From: Guillardia theta CCMP2712 | Lineage: Eukaryota > Protista > Cryptophyta | Length of the DNA stretch: 64,000 bases | Direction: 5' to 3' | Assembly: GCF_000315625.1 (NCBI RefSeq) | Contig: NW_005434650.1 | Coordinates: forward strand, 68,736-132,735 | Shown: piece by piece, positions 24,967 to 37,160 of the stretch | Layout of the letters: every line of letters begins with the position of its first letter | Position numbering within the stretch: position 1 is the stretch's first letter | Made by a program: the position numbers and the translations under genes | The notes under the pieces: model-generated | Told to the model about the DNA's origin: nothing | The model's input: only the letters and a program-made list of their open reading frames with translations | Databases searched by the model: none

Positions 24967-27116
24967 ATGCGCATAGCGATAGTCCTGGCAGCCATGGTGG
25001 CAGGAGGAGAGGCGTTCACAATGTCTTCCTCCCCACTGCTCTCCTCATCTTCTCTTTCATCTTCTTTGCTGTCCTCATCGTCTTCGTTCCTCTCTCCCTC
25101 CACAAGGACCACTTCTCCGGCCCATCGGGTGCTCGCCCAACGTGGCAGGGCAGATCAGAGCTGGATTAGGAGGAGAAAGGCGACAGGTATCGTGGCAAGT
25201 TTTGTGCCAGACAAGGAGTTTCTTAAAAAGCAAGAATCGGCTCAGGCCGATGCGATGATCCTGAGAGATCCCGTGAAGTTGACAAACACAATCACCAAGG
25301 TTGAGTTGCCCGGCTCACGACTGCGCTTACGATTCCTCGATCAGGAAGAGGTGTCCATCTACAAGAATGGCGCCTGCGTTACCAGCTACAAGACACCTGA
25401 TTATGATGTGCGACGTGAATACCTTCCATCTCCTTCTTGATACTCATCTTGTGCGCCAGGTCTTCTTCGTTCGACCTGATGCTGTTCTTGATGGAAGCAA
25501 ACCGATCTCCGGTGACAAAGAATCGAATCGTTTGATGGCCATATGTTATCACCTCTTGTTCTCCTGTTGTCCTCTTCTCCTGTTCTCTTGTTCTCTTCTC
25601 GTCAAGTGTTCTCTCTCCATGACGTGCAAATGTCTCAGGAGGGGTCCCCATCTGCTTCCCCCAATTCGGACCAGGCGAAATTCAGCAGCATGGATTTGCT
25701 CGGAACATGAAGTGGTGAGACCTGCCTGCTCATCTCCTGGCCTGCCTCTTTCGTTTCCTTCTTTGAGCAGCCGCTCGTCTCCTTGTACTGAGCTCCTCTA
25801 TCGGCTCTGACGGTTACGCCACAGGGTCTGTGTGGATGTGCGGGAGGAAAACGCAGCAGGGAGCCGATCTCTGTACATTCTTTGCTGTAAGGAGGTGCTG
25901 CTGCTGACTAGCTGATGAGCTCCTGGTTGCGGGAGGGAAGTAGAGCCATCTACGAGCTCGTCCCGAACAATGTGAAGCTGACGAGTGGGGTGGACCGTTG
26001 GGTTGACCGCTGGACGCAGGAGACTAGGAAGATGTGGCCGAACTCGTTCAATTGCCGCTATCAGATTGACCTCAACTCTGGAAACCTGAACCTTGAGCTG
26101 CGGGTGCAGAACAAGGTGATGAATGACGACGATGATTGAAATGCTGGTCACCATGATGATGATGGCTCATGACAATGGTGATGGTGATGATGAAATGGAT
26201 CATGGTGGTGGTGGTGACGATGATGAAGAAGTTGTCGATGGTAGTGATGATGACAGTGATGAAGATCTCAATCATGATAGATTGATGAATGGTGTTCCAG
26301 GGTAAAAAAGCCTTCTCGTTCACTGGAGCTCTGCACACTTACTTTGCGGTTGACGATATTGACAAGATCGCGATCCAAGGTGAAGGGAGGAGGAGATGCA
26401 GAGATGTCAGAATTTGATGCCGTCGGCAGGCGGGTTCAAGGGGAAGAAATATCTGGACAAAACTCTGTCGCCTCCTGCAGAGAAGACGGAGACGGGTAGC
26501 GAGTAGAGAGAAACGTTGGGTTTATGTGAGGGGTGTGTTGCGCAGAGGACGAGCTGCGGATTTCTTCATTCACCGAGAGGTAGACAAGAGCTTTCATCTT
26601 GCCTCGGAGGGCCTAGCGTTGAGACTTGTCTTAGGATCTACTCGGATTGTACTGATGATATCCGCCTCAAGGATGGTGACAAGGAAGTCGTCATCAGAAG
26701 CTCTCAAGGGGTTAGCAATCGACCCTTCTGCCCTGCCCTGCCCTGCCCTGATGTAACTCTTTGCAACAGTGGAAGGACATCGCCATTTGGAATCCTTACG
26801 GAGAGGAGAAGATGGGGTGAGAAGAACAGGCGTGGACTTTTGTCGCTCACTTGATGCTTAAGATACAAGAACTTCGTCTGCATTGAGCATGGCGTGATCT
26901 GCGAGCCAGTCGTGCTCAACCCAGGTAGAAGGAGGCAGGGGAGAAGGAGGAGGAGGCGGAGAGGAGCAAGCAAGCCGGGAGGGCTGTGGGGGGAAAGGCA
27001 GCGAGAAGGGAAAGATGACTGAGTTTGATGATGCAGGCGACGTGTGGGTGTCGAGTGTCGATATTCTCCCTTACTTCAATGGACTTCCTGCGTGGATGCA
27101 GAGCATGGACTCGTAA
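24967..27116 (+). CDS. Aldose/glucose-6-phosphate 1-epimerase family protein, predicted complex-plastid-targeted
   Basis: Signal peptide MRIAIVLAAMVAGGEA|F followed by a Ser-rich transit peptide. Family motifs: GACVTSYK, FFVRPDAVLDGSKPISG, GVPICFPQFGPG..QQHGFARN, FTGALHTYF, IWNPY and FVCIE. Confidence 0.9.
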
Positions 27117-27270
27117 ACGAGCATGTCTAATGAATGAAGAATAAAAATCTCCCACCGCGCTTCCCAGCGCATCCTATGTTACAAGAATACCCTCTTCACC
27201 TCCCTCCCTTGCTCACACCCTCCCAGTCGTCCCTCCTCTCTCCTCCCTAGAAAACACCCGTTGCCTTACT

Positions 27271-29206
27271 CTAGCAGCTCTGCTGGTAGAAGAGGATGTA
27301 GACGTAAGGGCTAACGAGGATCGGCTTCAGAGGGCTCGGGAGCTTCTGCACCCTCACGTCGTCGAACCTGCAAGGTCCTGTCAGAACCTTGTCACCTCCT
27401 CTTCTCTCGCCTCCTTCAATCCTTTCCTTGTTCCAGCTTTCCTTCCATCTCTCCGTGTTCCCCCATACCGCTCCTCTCCTGCTGTTCTCGCTCCTCCCTC
27501 TTTGTTTACCTGCGGAAGACGCCGTCGGGATGTACAGCACAGGCAACGTAGTGCCCTGAGCTCTCCTCAGCTCCAAGATGCTCCGTCCATGCGAGGAGGT
27601 GAAAGATCGCAGCACTACCGTCCTGCCTGCGGACTTGGAGGGTTCGAGGAAAGGAAATGTCGTCGTTACGCTTGTACCTCCTCCTGCCCTTTGTCACCGC
27701 CCCACGTGCGAGAAGGAGCATCTTACCCGCCACGGAATCCAAACCGCTCCAGGTGAAGCACGAGGACCGAAGGGAAGGAAGCTACGTGCAGCCTCTTCGA
27801 TGCATTCCTCGCCTTGCATCGCTCGCACGTCCATGGCAGCCCAGTCTCCTCCGTCTCCAGCAGCTGCATGCATTCCTCAAGAGTGATCTGTACGCGGGTC
27901 AGCAGCCCAAGGGATATCGGCAGAAGGAACACCTGGTTCGTCCTGGAGATCCTGGGGGGAGGAAGGGGCAGAGACAAGGAGAAGAAAGTTTCATGCTTCT
28001 GCAAGGGGGTCACTCCTCCCTCTCCCTCCCAACGGCTGGTGCACCTTAGTGGAAAACCCACATGACATGCATCGAACTTCGCTCGTGTACCTCCCCCCCA
28101 TGTGCTTGCTCACTACCGAGTGAATCTGCGTCAGGCTTTCCTCCTCTCGCGGCGACTTGTCCGGCGACGAAGCTTGCTCGTGCGTCACGTCAACCCATTC
28201 CTCATGTGCGGCCTCCGCCTGCGCTTCCAACGAAGGTCTGAGAGGATGGTGTCTGCCTCCTTCCTCCCCATGCAGAAGGCCGTTGGTGTCCTGGTGCAGC
28301 ACGTCCAAGAGGATGCACAGGCACTCGTGCGCGTCCTGCAAGATCGTTATGTCCAGCAGGCCACCAGCATCAACCGACCTGCTGCTTGTGGTTGAACAGG
28401 ACAGCGCTGCGCTTGTCGCTCTTCAGCACCTTGAGGAGGGTCCCGGGCTCGAGGAAGTCGCGCCGGCTGCCGCTCCAGACATGGCCAAGAAGCACCTTGA
28501 AGGAGGCCACCAGCTCTTGATTGTCCGACGCACTTCCCTGTCCACCTTCGTCTTCTTGTGCTCGCTCAGGCTGCTCGAGGTTGAAGAGCATATCCTCCAC
28601 GAAGGGAAGCACGTGAGCGAGACACTGCACGACAGCGTTGAGGAAGCAGGTGTTGCCCAGGTTCTTCAGCCCCACGGCCCCTCCCTGCGGGGACAGCAGA
28701 TAGTCTGACAAGGGCGACGAGGCTTCGGTCGTGTACGTCTCGAGCTCGACCATGCTCCTCCTCGGTTCTGCCACCTTCACGAGCGAGTTAGGAGAGGTGA
28801 TCTTGATCCAGGAAGAGTGCATGCTCTCTGTCGCCTCTGAAAGGGAGTCAGTGAGCGGCTTTGTCCACAGCTTCACATCCTCCATGATGTTTGAGTCGGT
28901 CAAGTTTTTCAGCAGGGGGTCGAGATGCTTGCCCGGACTGTTATCATTCTCCTTGGAGGATGGGGAGGAGGAGGATGGAGGAGTTCCGATCGAGATGTTC
29001 AAGAAGGGGATGGAGCTTTCCTTGGCTATGCTGATGGAGCTTTCCTTGGCTATGCTGTTCTTTTCATGCCTGCAGACAATCTCAAAGGATTCTTCGGACG
29101 TGTGACTTGATATCTTGATAGGGAAATGATTGGCATGTCCACCGAAGAAGTTCACGTTGACGTTGGACATGAGTGCAGCTCTAACTCCATAGACTGCTTC
29201 GTCCAA
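27271..29206 (-). CDS. Ubiquitin-specific protease (peptidase C19); 5' end uncertain
   Basis: Cys box GLKNLGNTCFLNAVVQCL, QQ|DAHECL, PSVLVLHLERF, His box HLGAEESSGHYVA, FDD and terminal YILFY. Confidence 0.92.
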
Positions 29207-29855
29207 TAACTCCGTCTACTGTCAACCCTTCATGTCCCGCGATCTGAAGGAAGCAAGCATCAGCATTTGTTCACAAGCGCACAAAGCTCACAGGTTGATG
29301 CGCTCCTCCTTCCCTTCCCTCCCTCCCTCTCTGCTCCCTCTGCTCTCCCTCCCTCCTCCCCTGCTTCCCGCAACTGCATGGCCAAGGGACATCGGCGTCA
29401 CGGCCTCCGGGCCCGGGCCAAGGCCCGGTCACTACAGTGCACCGACCGCAAGTTCCGGGCCCGCCGGGGGCCTACTACGAAAACTTACTTTACGCGGCAA
29501 TCCGACTCTCACGGAGCACCGAGTGACCGAACACGAGCGGTTTGAAATCTCATGCGAACCGATGGGGTTGAAAGAGCCAACAAACTTTTTGAGACGGTCA
29601 ACTTCCCCCTGCGCCAGCCCCTGCGCGCCACCCTACCCCTGCCCGAGAATCTGAACGGGTAGGGTGCATGTGGGGTACTCCCGGAAAAAAAAATAGCCAT
29701 CGGGAATAGAAACGAAAAAATTGGTAATGGAAACACCGAAAAGATGTGATTTCAATCTTTGACTTGGATGTCGTGACAGTTTTTACTACAGGCAACAGGG
29801 GACACAAGCCCTTTGATCTGCACTCTCAAGCGGTTGCTACCAAACTCTGTGAGCT

Positions 29856-30185
29856 ATGGGAGAGATTCTCGGACACACTGGAGCAGAAATCAGCGCAGAC
29901 ATCTCATCCCTTGCTGCGAATACAACATCTCCTTCCAATCTCGTCACCTTAGAACATGAAACAGCCAGCCGAAGCAATCCCGCGGTTATGAACTGGAACG
30001 CTACAACTGCATCTGAGCTGGGTATATCCGAGCATCAGTGGAACAAGCTATCAGTATGGAAGCAACGCGCTTTAACAAGTTTAGGCAGCTCGATACAATA
30101 CATTCACGACCAGCAAAGAAGCGCGGGAGGAAGTCTCGATGGCATGGCGCTAGAATGTGCAAGAGGGTGGACGACGGATGAATGA
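29856..30185 (+). CDS. Possible small hypothetical protein or terminal exon
   Basis: 109-aa ORF downstream of a promoter-like island. It contains LGISEHQWNKLSVWKQRAL. No other support. Confidence 0.3.
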   Translation: MGEILGHTGAEISADISSLAANTTSPSNLVTLEHETASRSNPAVMNWNATTASELGISEHQWNKLSVWKQRALTSLGSSIQYIHDQQRSAGGSLDGMALECARGWTTDE

Positions 30186-31232
30186 AACATATTATTGTTG
30201 ATTCGATCGATTCATGTCATTTTTACAACAAAGCATCGCTCGATGTGATGGGCGTAGTGCTTCATGCTTTATCTGCTACAAATTAAAAGTTTATGTCATC
30301 CTCGTCCGAGCCATCAACTTGTAGATGTCCTGAAGACCCTGCAATGTCGGTAGTCGATCCCATGATGAACAAACTCAAGCAAACCACCGTGCATCATATC
30401 ATCCAGCGTTGACCTGGTCTCATGATCAATAGATTCAGCATGTATCTGTTTGGAAGATAAGGCGGACAGCAGTCATCATCTCATGCTCTTTCACCCAAGA
30501 CATGTAACCAGATGGGTCAGGCTCGTCTCACTGGCAGCATTGACCCTGTCACCTGCCCACTATAGTTTCAGTGTCGCTACGTGAACTGCAGTATAGACCT
30601 CTATACAGCGAATGCTCAAGGAGAAGGACAGACCACCTTAGTGTGCAGTCGTTGACGATCCTTTTATCATAGTATAGTCGAGGGGAACTACCAGGGGTGG
30701 TGAGACTCCTCACGCACGAGCCTGTCACAGCGAGCACCCCTTGTGCGTCCGCTTAGATCTGCCTTCGTGGCTGTCAGAGAAGACCATCGCTTCTCTCGCT
30801 GCGCATAAGTCTCTCTCAGAGTCTGTCCGACGTGGCGGCCGCCACACGCGACAGCCTGTCAGGGTCTAGCAGTGAAGCTCACACTTGGCGGGGCCTTACT
30901 GACTCTCCCGGCCACCACCCCGCGGCCAGCCTCGGATACCGTGATCCGATCATCGAATAAGTCGGCTCACGAGTCACCGAGTGGCCCGGCGAATCGGGCG
31001 CACCGTCACTGCAGCAGTGCGCATTAGCAAAGTATCTCCATGGATACACGTGGGAGAGTCCGAGAGAGGGCTCACTTTTCTAGCAGCAGGTCTCCGGGCG
31101 TAAAGGAGGGGGAGAAGGAGCGGTGGGGAATGAGAGCGGTCAAGATCTGAAGTACTAGAGTACCTGCTCCCCTCCTCGAGGTTGTGGTTAGGTTGCCGAT
31201 CCTCCGGCTGCTCGTGCCGTAACGTGTTGCCC

Positions 31233-32556
31233 ATGTCAGGTCCGATGTCCCTTGCCTCCGACGCGGTGACGAGCGAGGACACGTCCTGCGTGAACTGCAG
31301 GAAGAACCTGATCCTGCTCAACAAATGCAACTTTGTGATCGAGCTCCTCGAGGCGACCATCCAGAAGAAAGAAGAGGAGCTCAGAGACGCTGTTGCTGAA
31401 GCGAGGGCTGCAGCCGATGTCTCTGCGAGGGAGACCCTCGGTCAGGAGTTGTGCACCAAAATCCAAGAGGAATGTCAGGATCCATGGCACTCAGCGAAAG
31501 AAGCCTTGCGCTCCTGCACCGGCATCATCCAGCGCTTTCAAGAGGAATTTGTTCTGATCCGAAAGTGCATGGACAATCTTGCGATCAAGGTGGAGACACT
31601 GGAAGAGGCTGTGCACGACCTCAACAAACACAGCAAGGAACATGGGCAGATGCCTAGCGGCAGGCTTGTTCAAGAGTTCACCATGGAGATGGATAGCCCT
31701 TCAAACTTGCGGGGCGAGGTTCTCGAGGCTGAATCAGCCACTTCACAGGCTCTGGGTCGGCAAGTGGAAGGGAAAAGAGACTCAATGGTCTGTTGAACAA
31801 CTGCATTCATGCTGAATTTGATTTCTTGCTATCTGAATTCATACTAGGCATCCTTGTGGATTTCTCTGCAACAAAGAGACCAGGACGTCGTGATGCTGAA
31901 CCGTATGCTCAGACGGCTTGATGAAGTTGCCTGCAGTGAGTCGACCCATTTTTGATGACATGAATTCACTCGCTCCTTGTAACAGGAGACAAAAAGTCTT
32001 ACAATTCACTAGCGAGACAGCAGAGGGCAGTCACTCACAATCAGCAAGTCTTGCGTCGGAAGCTATTAGTTTTGCGGGTGATCAAATTTTCCTTTGTTTT
32101 TCACATGTCGATTGTGGTCATGCATTTGCGCAGGTCCTGTCGACTATGGCTACCAGCGCATTCAGATCTAGATACCACAAGGCTCTTAGAAACTTTGATC
32201 GTGATTCTTGTGGCAAACACCATTATTCAGCATCTAACTATGATTCCAGGATTTATCTCATCGCAGCAAACCAGGCAACTTTTGAAGTCGTCACTGGGGG
32301 TAATTTCAGCTCAAGGGAGGGCTTTGACTGAGTACACATTTCTACAGTTGTGGTTTCGAGCGACTGTTTGGCTGAACTTTGGGCTTCCACGATCGAAACC
32401 GGTGAACCTTGCACTGTATCACCGTTTCGAAAGGTCATGAGTCCTGAACAACAGAATGACGAAACTCAAGAGCCATGGTGGTTACAAGCCAGCGAATCGG
32501 CTAGAACACCCGTCAGGAAGGCACTAGAATTGTTGGCGAACGAGAATGTGCCATGA
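31233..32556 (+). CDS. Hypothetical coiled-coil protein, multi-exon
   Basis: ORF 31182-31796 has heptad-like stretches (ELLEATIQKKEEELRDAV; MDNLAIKVETLEEAVHDL). Downstream ORF fragments continue to 32556. Confidence 0.5.
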
Positions 32557-32659
32557 CACAACATTCAACCCCATGAAAGCATCCTAACATCTCATTTAAT
32601 AGCGAGTACAGACAGTAACATGATAAAAACTGAAAAGTCATATGCCAAGCTGCAGCTTC

Positions 32660-33481
32660 TCATAGCTCATTTTTGGATCCTTCATCCACCTGCCGACCCA
32701 CGCAAATCATATTGAGACTGCCTAACAACCTCACTCACGGGTTTTGTAGTTTCAGTCGTTGCGGTTTTGTTCTCATCGGACTGGGGAACGGCACACCAGT
32801 TGAATCCCTGTACACAGATATCGTAGACGATCGGGCCGGTGCTGGTTTCAAAAGTCAGCATGATAACACCTATCATCAAATAATTGACATACTCGCAGGT
32901 CTTCGTTTGCTTTTCTTGATCGATGTAGCAAGACTTTGGTGCACGATCGACCAGATATTCTTCGTACTCGTTGTAAATGTCCGAGCATGCATTCACTGCA
33001 ATTCTTGTAACCCATCCTCCCTTGGCGCGCAGAGTTTGCGAGCCACGCGACCATTTCTTGGTAGGATTCGAATTCTCATCGAGAACAAGACCATACTCAT
33101 TCATGTTATGGCTGCAAACCTGCCAACGAACTTCTTCAGATATCGCATGGAATTCCGTTTGATCACTCACATTTTCAAGTATCTCGACAATCTCAACTTC
33201 CCGAAGCTTTCTTTTTAGATTTGTTTCATCTCTGTTGATTGCATATGCCATGTCCATCACGATTCCTTGGCAAATTCCACACTTGAGCTCCCTCAAGGAA
33301 TTGGCATCTGCAGTAATAGTGAACCGCAGTTAATTGATTCCACCCCTTGGATACCTGAGAGATCCGGCAAAGCCTGTTCCTGCTCGGAATCAAGCACTGA
33401 TCCCTCCTTGAGCTCCTTCTTTGCTGCCAGTGCGATACACAAAGAGGCAACTAGCAAGCAAATCCGCGTGCAATCCTTCAT
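32660..33481 (-). CDS. Saposin-fold ER protein of the Canopy/MZB1(pERp1) type with a C-terminal KNEL
   Basis: Signal peptide (ICLLVASLCIALA), LKCGICQGIV, LREVEIVEILEN..C, YG, GGWVTRIAVNAC and a late CxxxxxxC. The spliced last exon reads VDEGSKNEL*. Confidence 0.75.
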
Positions 33482-34004
33482 CGTCGTTTAAGATTCTCAA
33501 CCTAGAAACATCTCGTCCTCAGGATTCGACAGAGGTATTACAACACAATGCAGTGATGCGGATATGTTTCTCTATCCGTCCCAAAGCCTCAATCAGGGAA
33601 GATAGAGGAAGTAAGAGCAAGAAGCGAAGAGCAATAATTTGCCGGGTCAGAAATTAGAGCTTGCGAGCCGTTCACAACTCGACACAAAAGTTGCTAAGGG
33701 AAAGTGGAAAGAATGTGTAGAAGTATGTGGAGGTGATGTGAGCTTGTTTCAAGTGGCAGGATGTACAGATGTGCTCGTTATCCTTGTTGCTCCTCGACAA
33801 AGAAATCATGGCGCATGTTTCCGAAGCCCCTGGGGTAGCAGAAACACACGTTACACAGAGTAACCGTTCAGGGATGCCGTTCTAGAACACTGCATGACAG
33901 CGCGGGCCCGCCGACCGGGCCGATGCCCCCCGGGTGTCCGTGCACTCACAGTGAAGAAGTTTAGTCAACATTGCACGGATCTAGAGATCAAGCGGCGCAG
34001 AGTC

Positions 34005-36118
34005 ATGCATCGAGTTGAGGCGATCGCGCGGCAGATGCAGCCGAAGCCATGGCAGAAGATCGTAGATGAGGTTGGATCCCCAGTGATGGATGTGGACTCA
34101 TCTCATAATGACCCACAAAGATCTGATGAACCTCCTCTTGTCTTCGTTAACTGATCGTTTCTCCTCCTTGTGCCGCTCCGCTAATTTCTAGTCGGATCAG
34201 AGGATGGATCTGCTTTCCTCACTTGTGATTGTTCCCTGTCCTCCCTCTCTCCCCCCTTTACACACTGATCAGTACGACAACTTTTTTGATTCAGTATCTT
34301 GTTCTTCATGCAGCATCCACGATAATTTCCCCCTGCCCTTTCCTTGAAGTAATCAAAATATTAGGCACGTGGCGAAGTCAAGGAGGTCGGGATCTTACAG
34401 CTGCACGAAATGTTTAGGAAGAACCCTCATCTTCGTGTTCTTGATGTGCGAGAGGACAAAGAAGCAGAAAACATGCCGATACCATCATGGTTCCGACCAG
34501 TACGCGTTGGACGAGGTGTCCTGGAAAGAGATGTTGTGCAGGTATTGCCCAATCTCGACGAGGAAATTCTTTGTGTTTGTGCTGGCGGTTCAAGATCTGT
34601 CAAGGCAGCACAAGTGATGCAAGAAATGGGGTACAAGAAGGTCTGCCTTCTGCCAATGGCCATACCTGGTTTGGTTAGAAGATGACTTTCCTTGACTCAG
34701 GTGTACTCTCTCAAGGAGGGAGCTGCCGGGCTGTGTAAGGGACATCCCTTGAACAACCCCAAGGTGAAGAGAGGTTTCATGGACACTGTCGGAAATACTC
34801 CCCTCATCCGCTTGAACAAACTCAGTGAAGAGACTGGATGTGAGATTCTTGGCAAAGCCGAGTTCATGAACCCTGGAGGTTCAGTCAAGGACAGACCTGC
34901 GCTCCAATTGATCTTGGACGCTGAGCGAAGGGGTCTGATTAAGCCAGGAGCTACCATTACAGAGGCAACCTCAGGCAATACTGGGATTGGTTTAGCTCAT
35001 GTGTGCAATGCCAGAGGGTACAAGCTTGTTGTTTGCATGCCCAGGACCATGTCGCTGGAGAAGCAGCGCACTCTGAAACAATTGGGCGCTCAAGTCATCC
35101 TGACAGAGCCTATCCCGCTCAAGGATCCTGTTACTGGGAAGCCAAATATGGAACATTACCATAATTTGGTATCAATGATTGAAATGCTTGCTGTGATTCC
35201 CTAATCTCACTGTGCAGGCCCCGCTGCTTGCTAAACAAGGGCAGGAACGGGGAGAGAACATATTCTGTGTCAATCAGTGGCAAAACACTGCTAATCGTGA
35301 AGCTCATTACCTCACAACTGGTCCAGAAATTATGCAGCAGACTGGCGGCAAAATAGATTGTTTCTGTGCTGCAACAGGGACAGGAGGAACGATCGGAGGC
35401 GTTTCTCGTATCTTATTGAGTTGTACTGGAGCAGATGCTGAATGAGAGAGCAGGGTACTTGAAGGATTACTCTCCGAAGACAAAGGTAGTCCTTGCGGAT
35501 TGCTTTGGGAGTGCTTTGCACAGCTGGGCGACTACTGGTCAGTGTTGTCCTTCTGCAGCGAATGTAGACTCAGAAGGTGCAGGTGACGAAGGAACTGAGA
35601 AAGTCTTAGCGGGCGAAAGATGGTGCCCGAAGCCGAAGATGTCTCAAGGATCATCCCCTGTCACTGAAGGAATCGGAAACAGGTATGTCCTTGTCCATAG
35701 CCTTCGCGCCCTTGAAATATTTGCAAATATTGCTTCTACTTATCATATGCTTGTCAGCATTATCACAGCAAATATGGAGGGACTTCGTGACTACATTGAT
35801 GATTGTATCCAGATTCCCGACCCTGATGCCATAAGGTGCATTTGCCCAGTTGCATGATTTTGTCATTCATGACGTTTTTTATTCAGGATGGTTTTTCGCC
35901 TACTTTACGATGAAGCGATTTTTGTTGGTGGATCAGCAGCACTGAATGTGTGTGCTGCTGTTGAGATGGCGAAGCGTCTTGGGCCTGGCCACACCATTGT
36001 CACCATCTTGTGTGACAGTGGCTTCAGGTATGGCAGCAAGTTCTTCAACAAACAATGGATGCAGGAGAAAAAGCTTTACGATTGTCTGCCTCCTGAACAC
36101 CGCGCTGGGATCGAGTGA
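34005..36118 (+). CDS. Rhodanese (sulfurtransferase)-cysteine synthase (PLP, OASS/CysK family) fusion
   Basis: Exon 1 is 34005-34070. Exon 2 (34365-34640) has LDVRE...GRGVLE...CAGGSRS...MGYKK. Exon 3, from 34701, runs VYSLKEG straight into TVGNTPLIRL...NPGGSVKDR...EATSGNTG. Later exons carry GTGGT, EGIG and TIVTILCDSGFRY. Confidence 0.93.
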
Positions 36119-36380
36119 CCAACCGTAGTGGCACAAATTTTAAAGATCCTTTGCTCGATGCTCTTGATTGCAATGATGGATCAACCGTGCTCGTAGTTAA
36201 TGACGACAGGTCGACATGAAATCAACATTTTAAAGTGTGCTACAGGCTGTACTGTTTTATTGAACTTTTCGGATTCATCCTGCTGACTGTCTAGACAAAC
36301 AGAAACATTCGCATTAGTAGATATGAGCATGCGCTTTTTTCACATTCTGCAGGCTGATGGAAATCCATGAGGACATTCTC

Positions 36381-36731
36381 TTAGTAGATGTTGATGACGT
36401 CACCCAACCACCCATCCTGGTACTCAGTGGGGTCGACAGGCTGAACGACAATGAGTTAGGTATAAGGACAATCCGCATGCGGCATTTTTCAACGCTCACC
36501 TTAGTGTAGCTGTAATCGACGGGTTCTGTGTCCAGGTCATCAAAGATGTTGTCGGTCACGCCACTGGGCATGCCCTGGAAGAACTTGGGCATGTCGGAGT
36601 TCCATGCACCCTATTTAGCACGGAGGATTAGTCGACAGTCGCTCAAGGATACAGTCATGGTGACTTGCCTTCCAGGTCCATGGGGCATCATCAAGCATTC
36701 TCATGGGTGCCAAAACGATCTTGTGAATCAT
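36381..36731 (-). CDS. Putative 77-aa acidic/aromatic microprotein, three exons
   Basis: Exons 36731-36669, 36610-36500 and 36440-36381 all join in phase 0 across 58-nt (GC-AG) and 59-nt (GT-AG) introns. Codons are C/G-ending biased. Confidence 0.65.
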
Positions 36732-37160
36732 GGTTTCTTTGGAGAATGATCAGCGAATAGAACAAAGAAGAAAAACTTGATCAACAAATGATCGGGATGT
36801 GGTCGATCATCAAAGCTGTCCTATCATTGGACTATCACGAGTCTGACAAGTCAAACTGAAATGCATGCATCTCAGCCTCTACTCTCACTTAAGACGTTCC
36901 TAGTCTGAGGTGAAGTCTTTCTGTCGATCACAGCTAGTTGCATGCTGAGCAGTGAATGAGAGTCATGCTCAGTGCTGAGCAGCAGTAGTGCTGAGCAGTG
37001 CATCAAATGCGATGCTGCCGCGGATTCCTCCCTACTACATCCCAAGTGGTGCCGCGACTCTTCGCGCAGTGGTACCACTACCCGCCTTTTACCTACCTCG
37101 GACGAGGGGTTGGGGGTCCTCCCAAAAGACGCCTCAACCTGACGGGCCGACTCGAGGAAG

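Noticed and set aside
29010-29057. 24-bp tandem duplication (SIAKESSI x2) in the USP N-terminus
   Set aside because: It is real but a trivial slippage event in a disordered region.
30290-30900. Possible small minus-strand gene
   Set aside because: There are exon-like fragments, but I could not build a consistent model or recognise a product.
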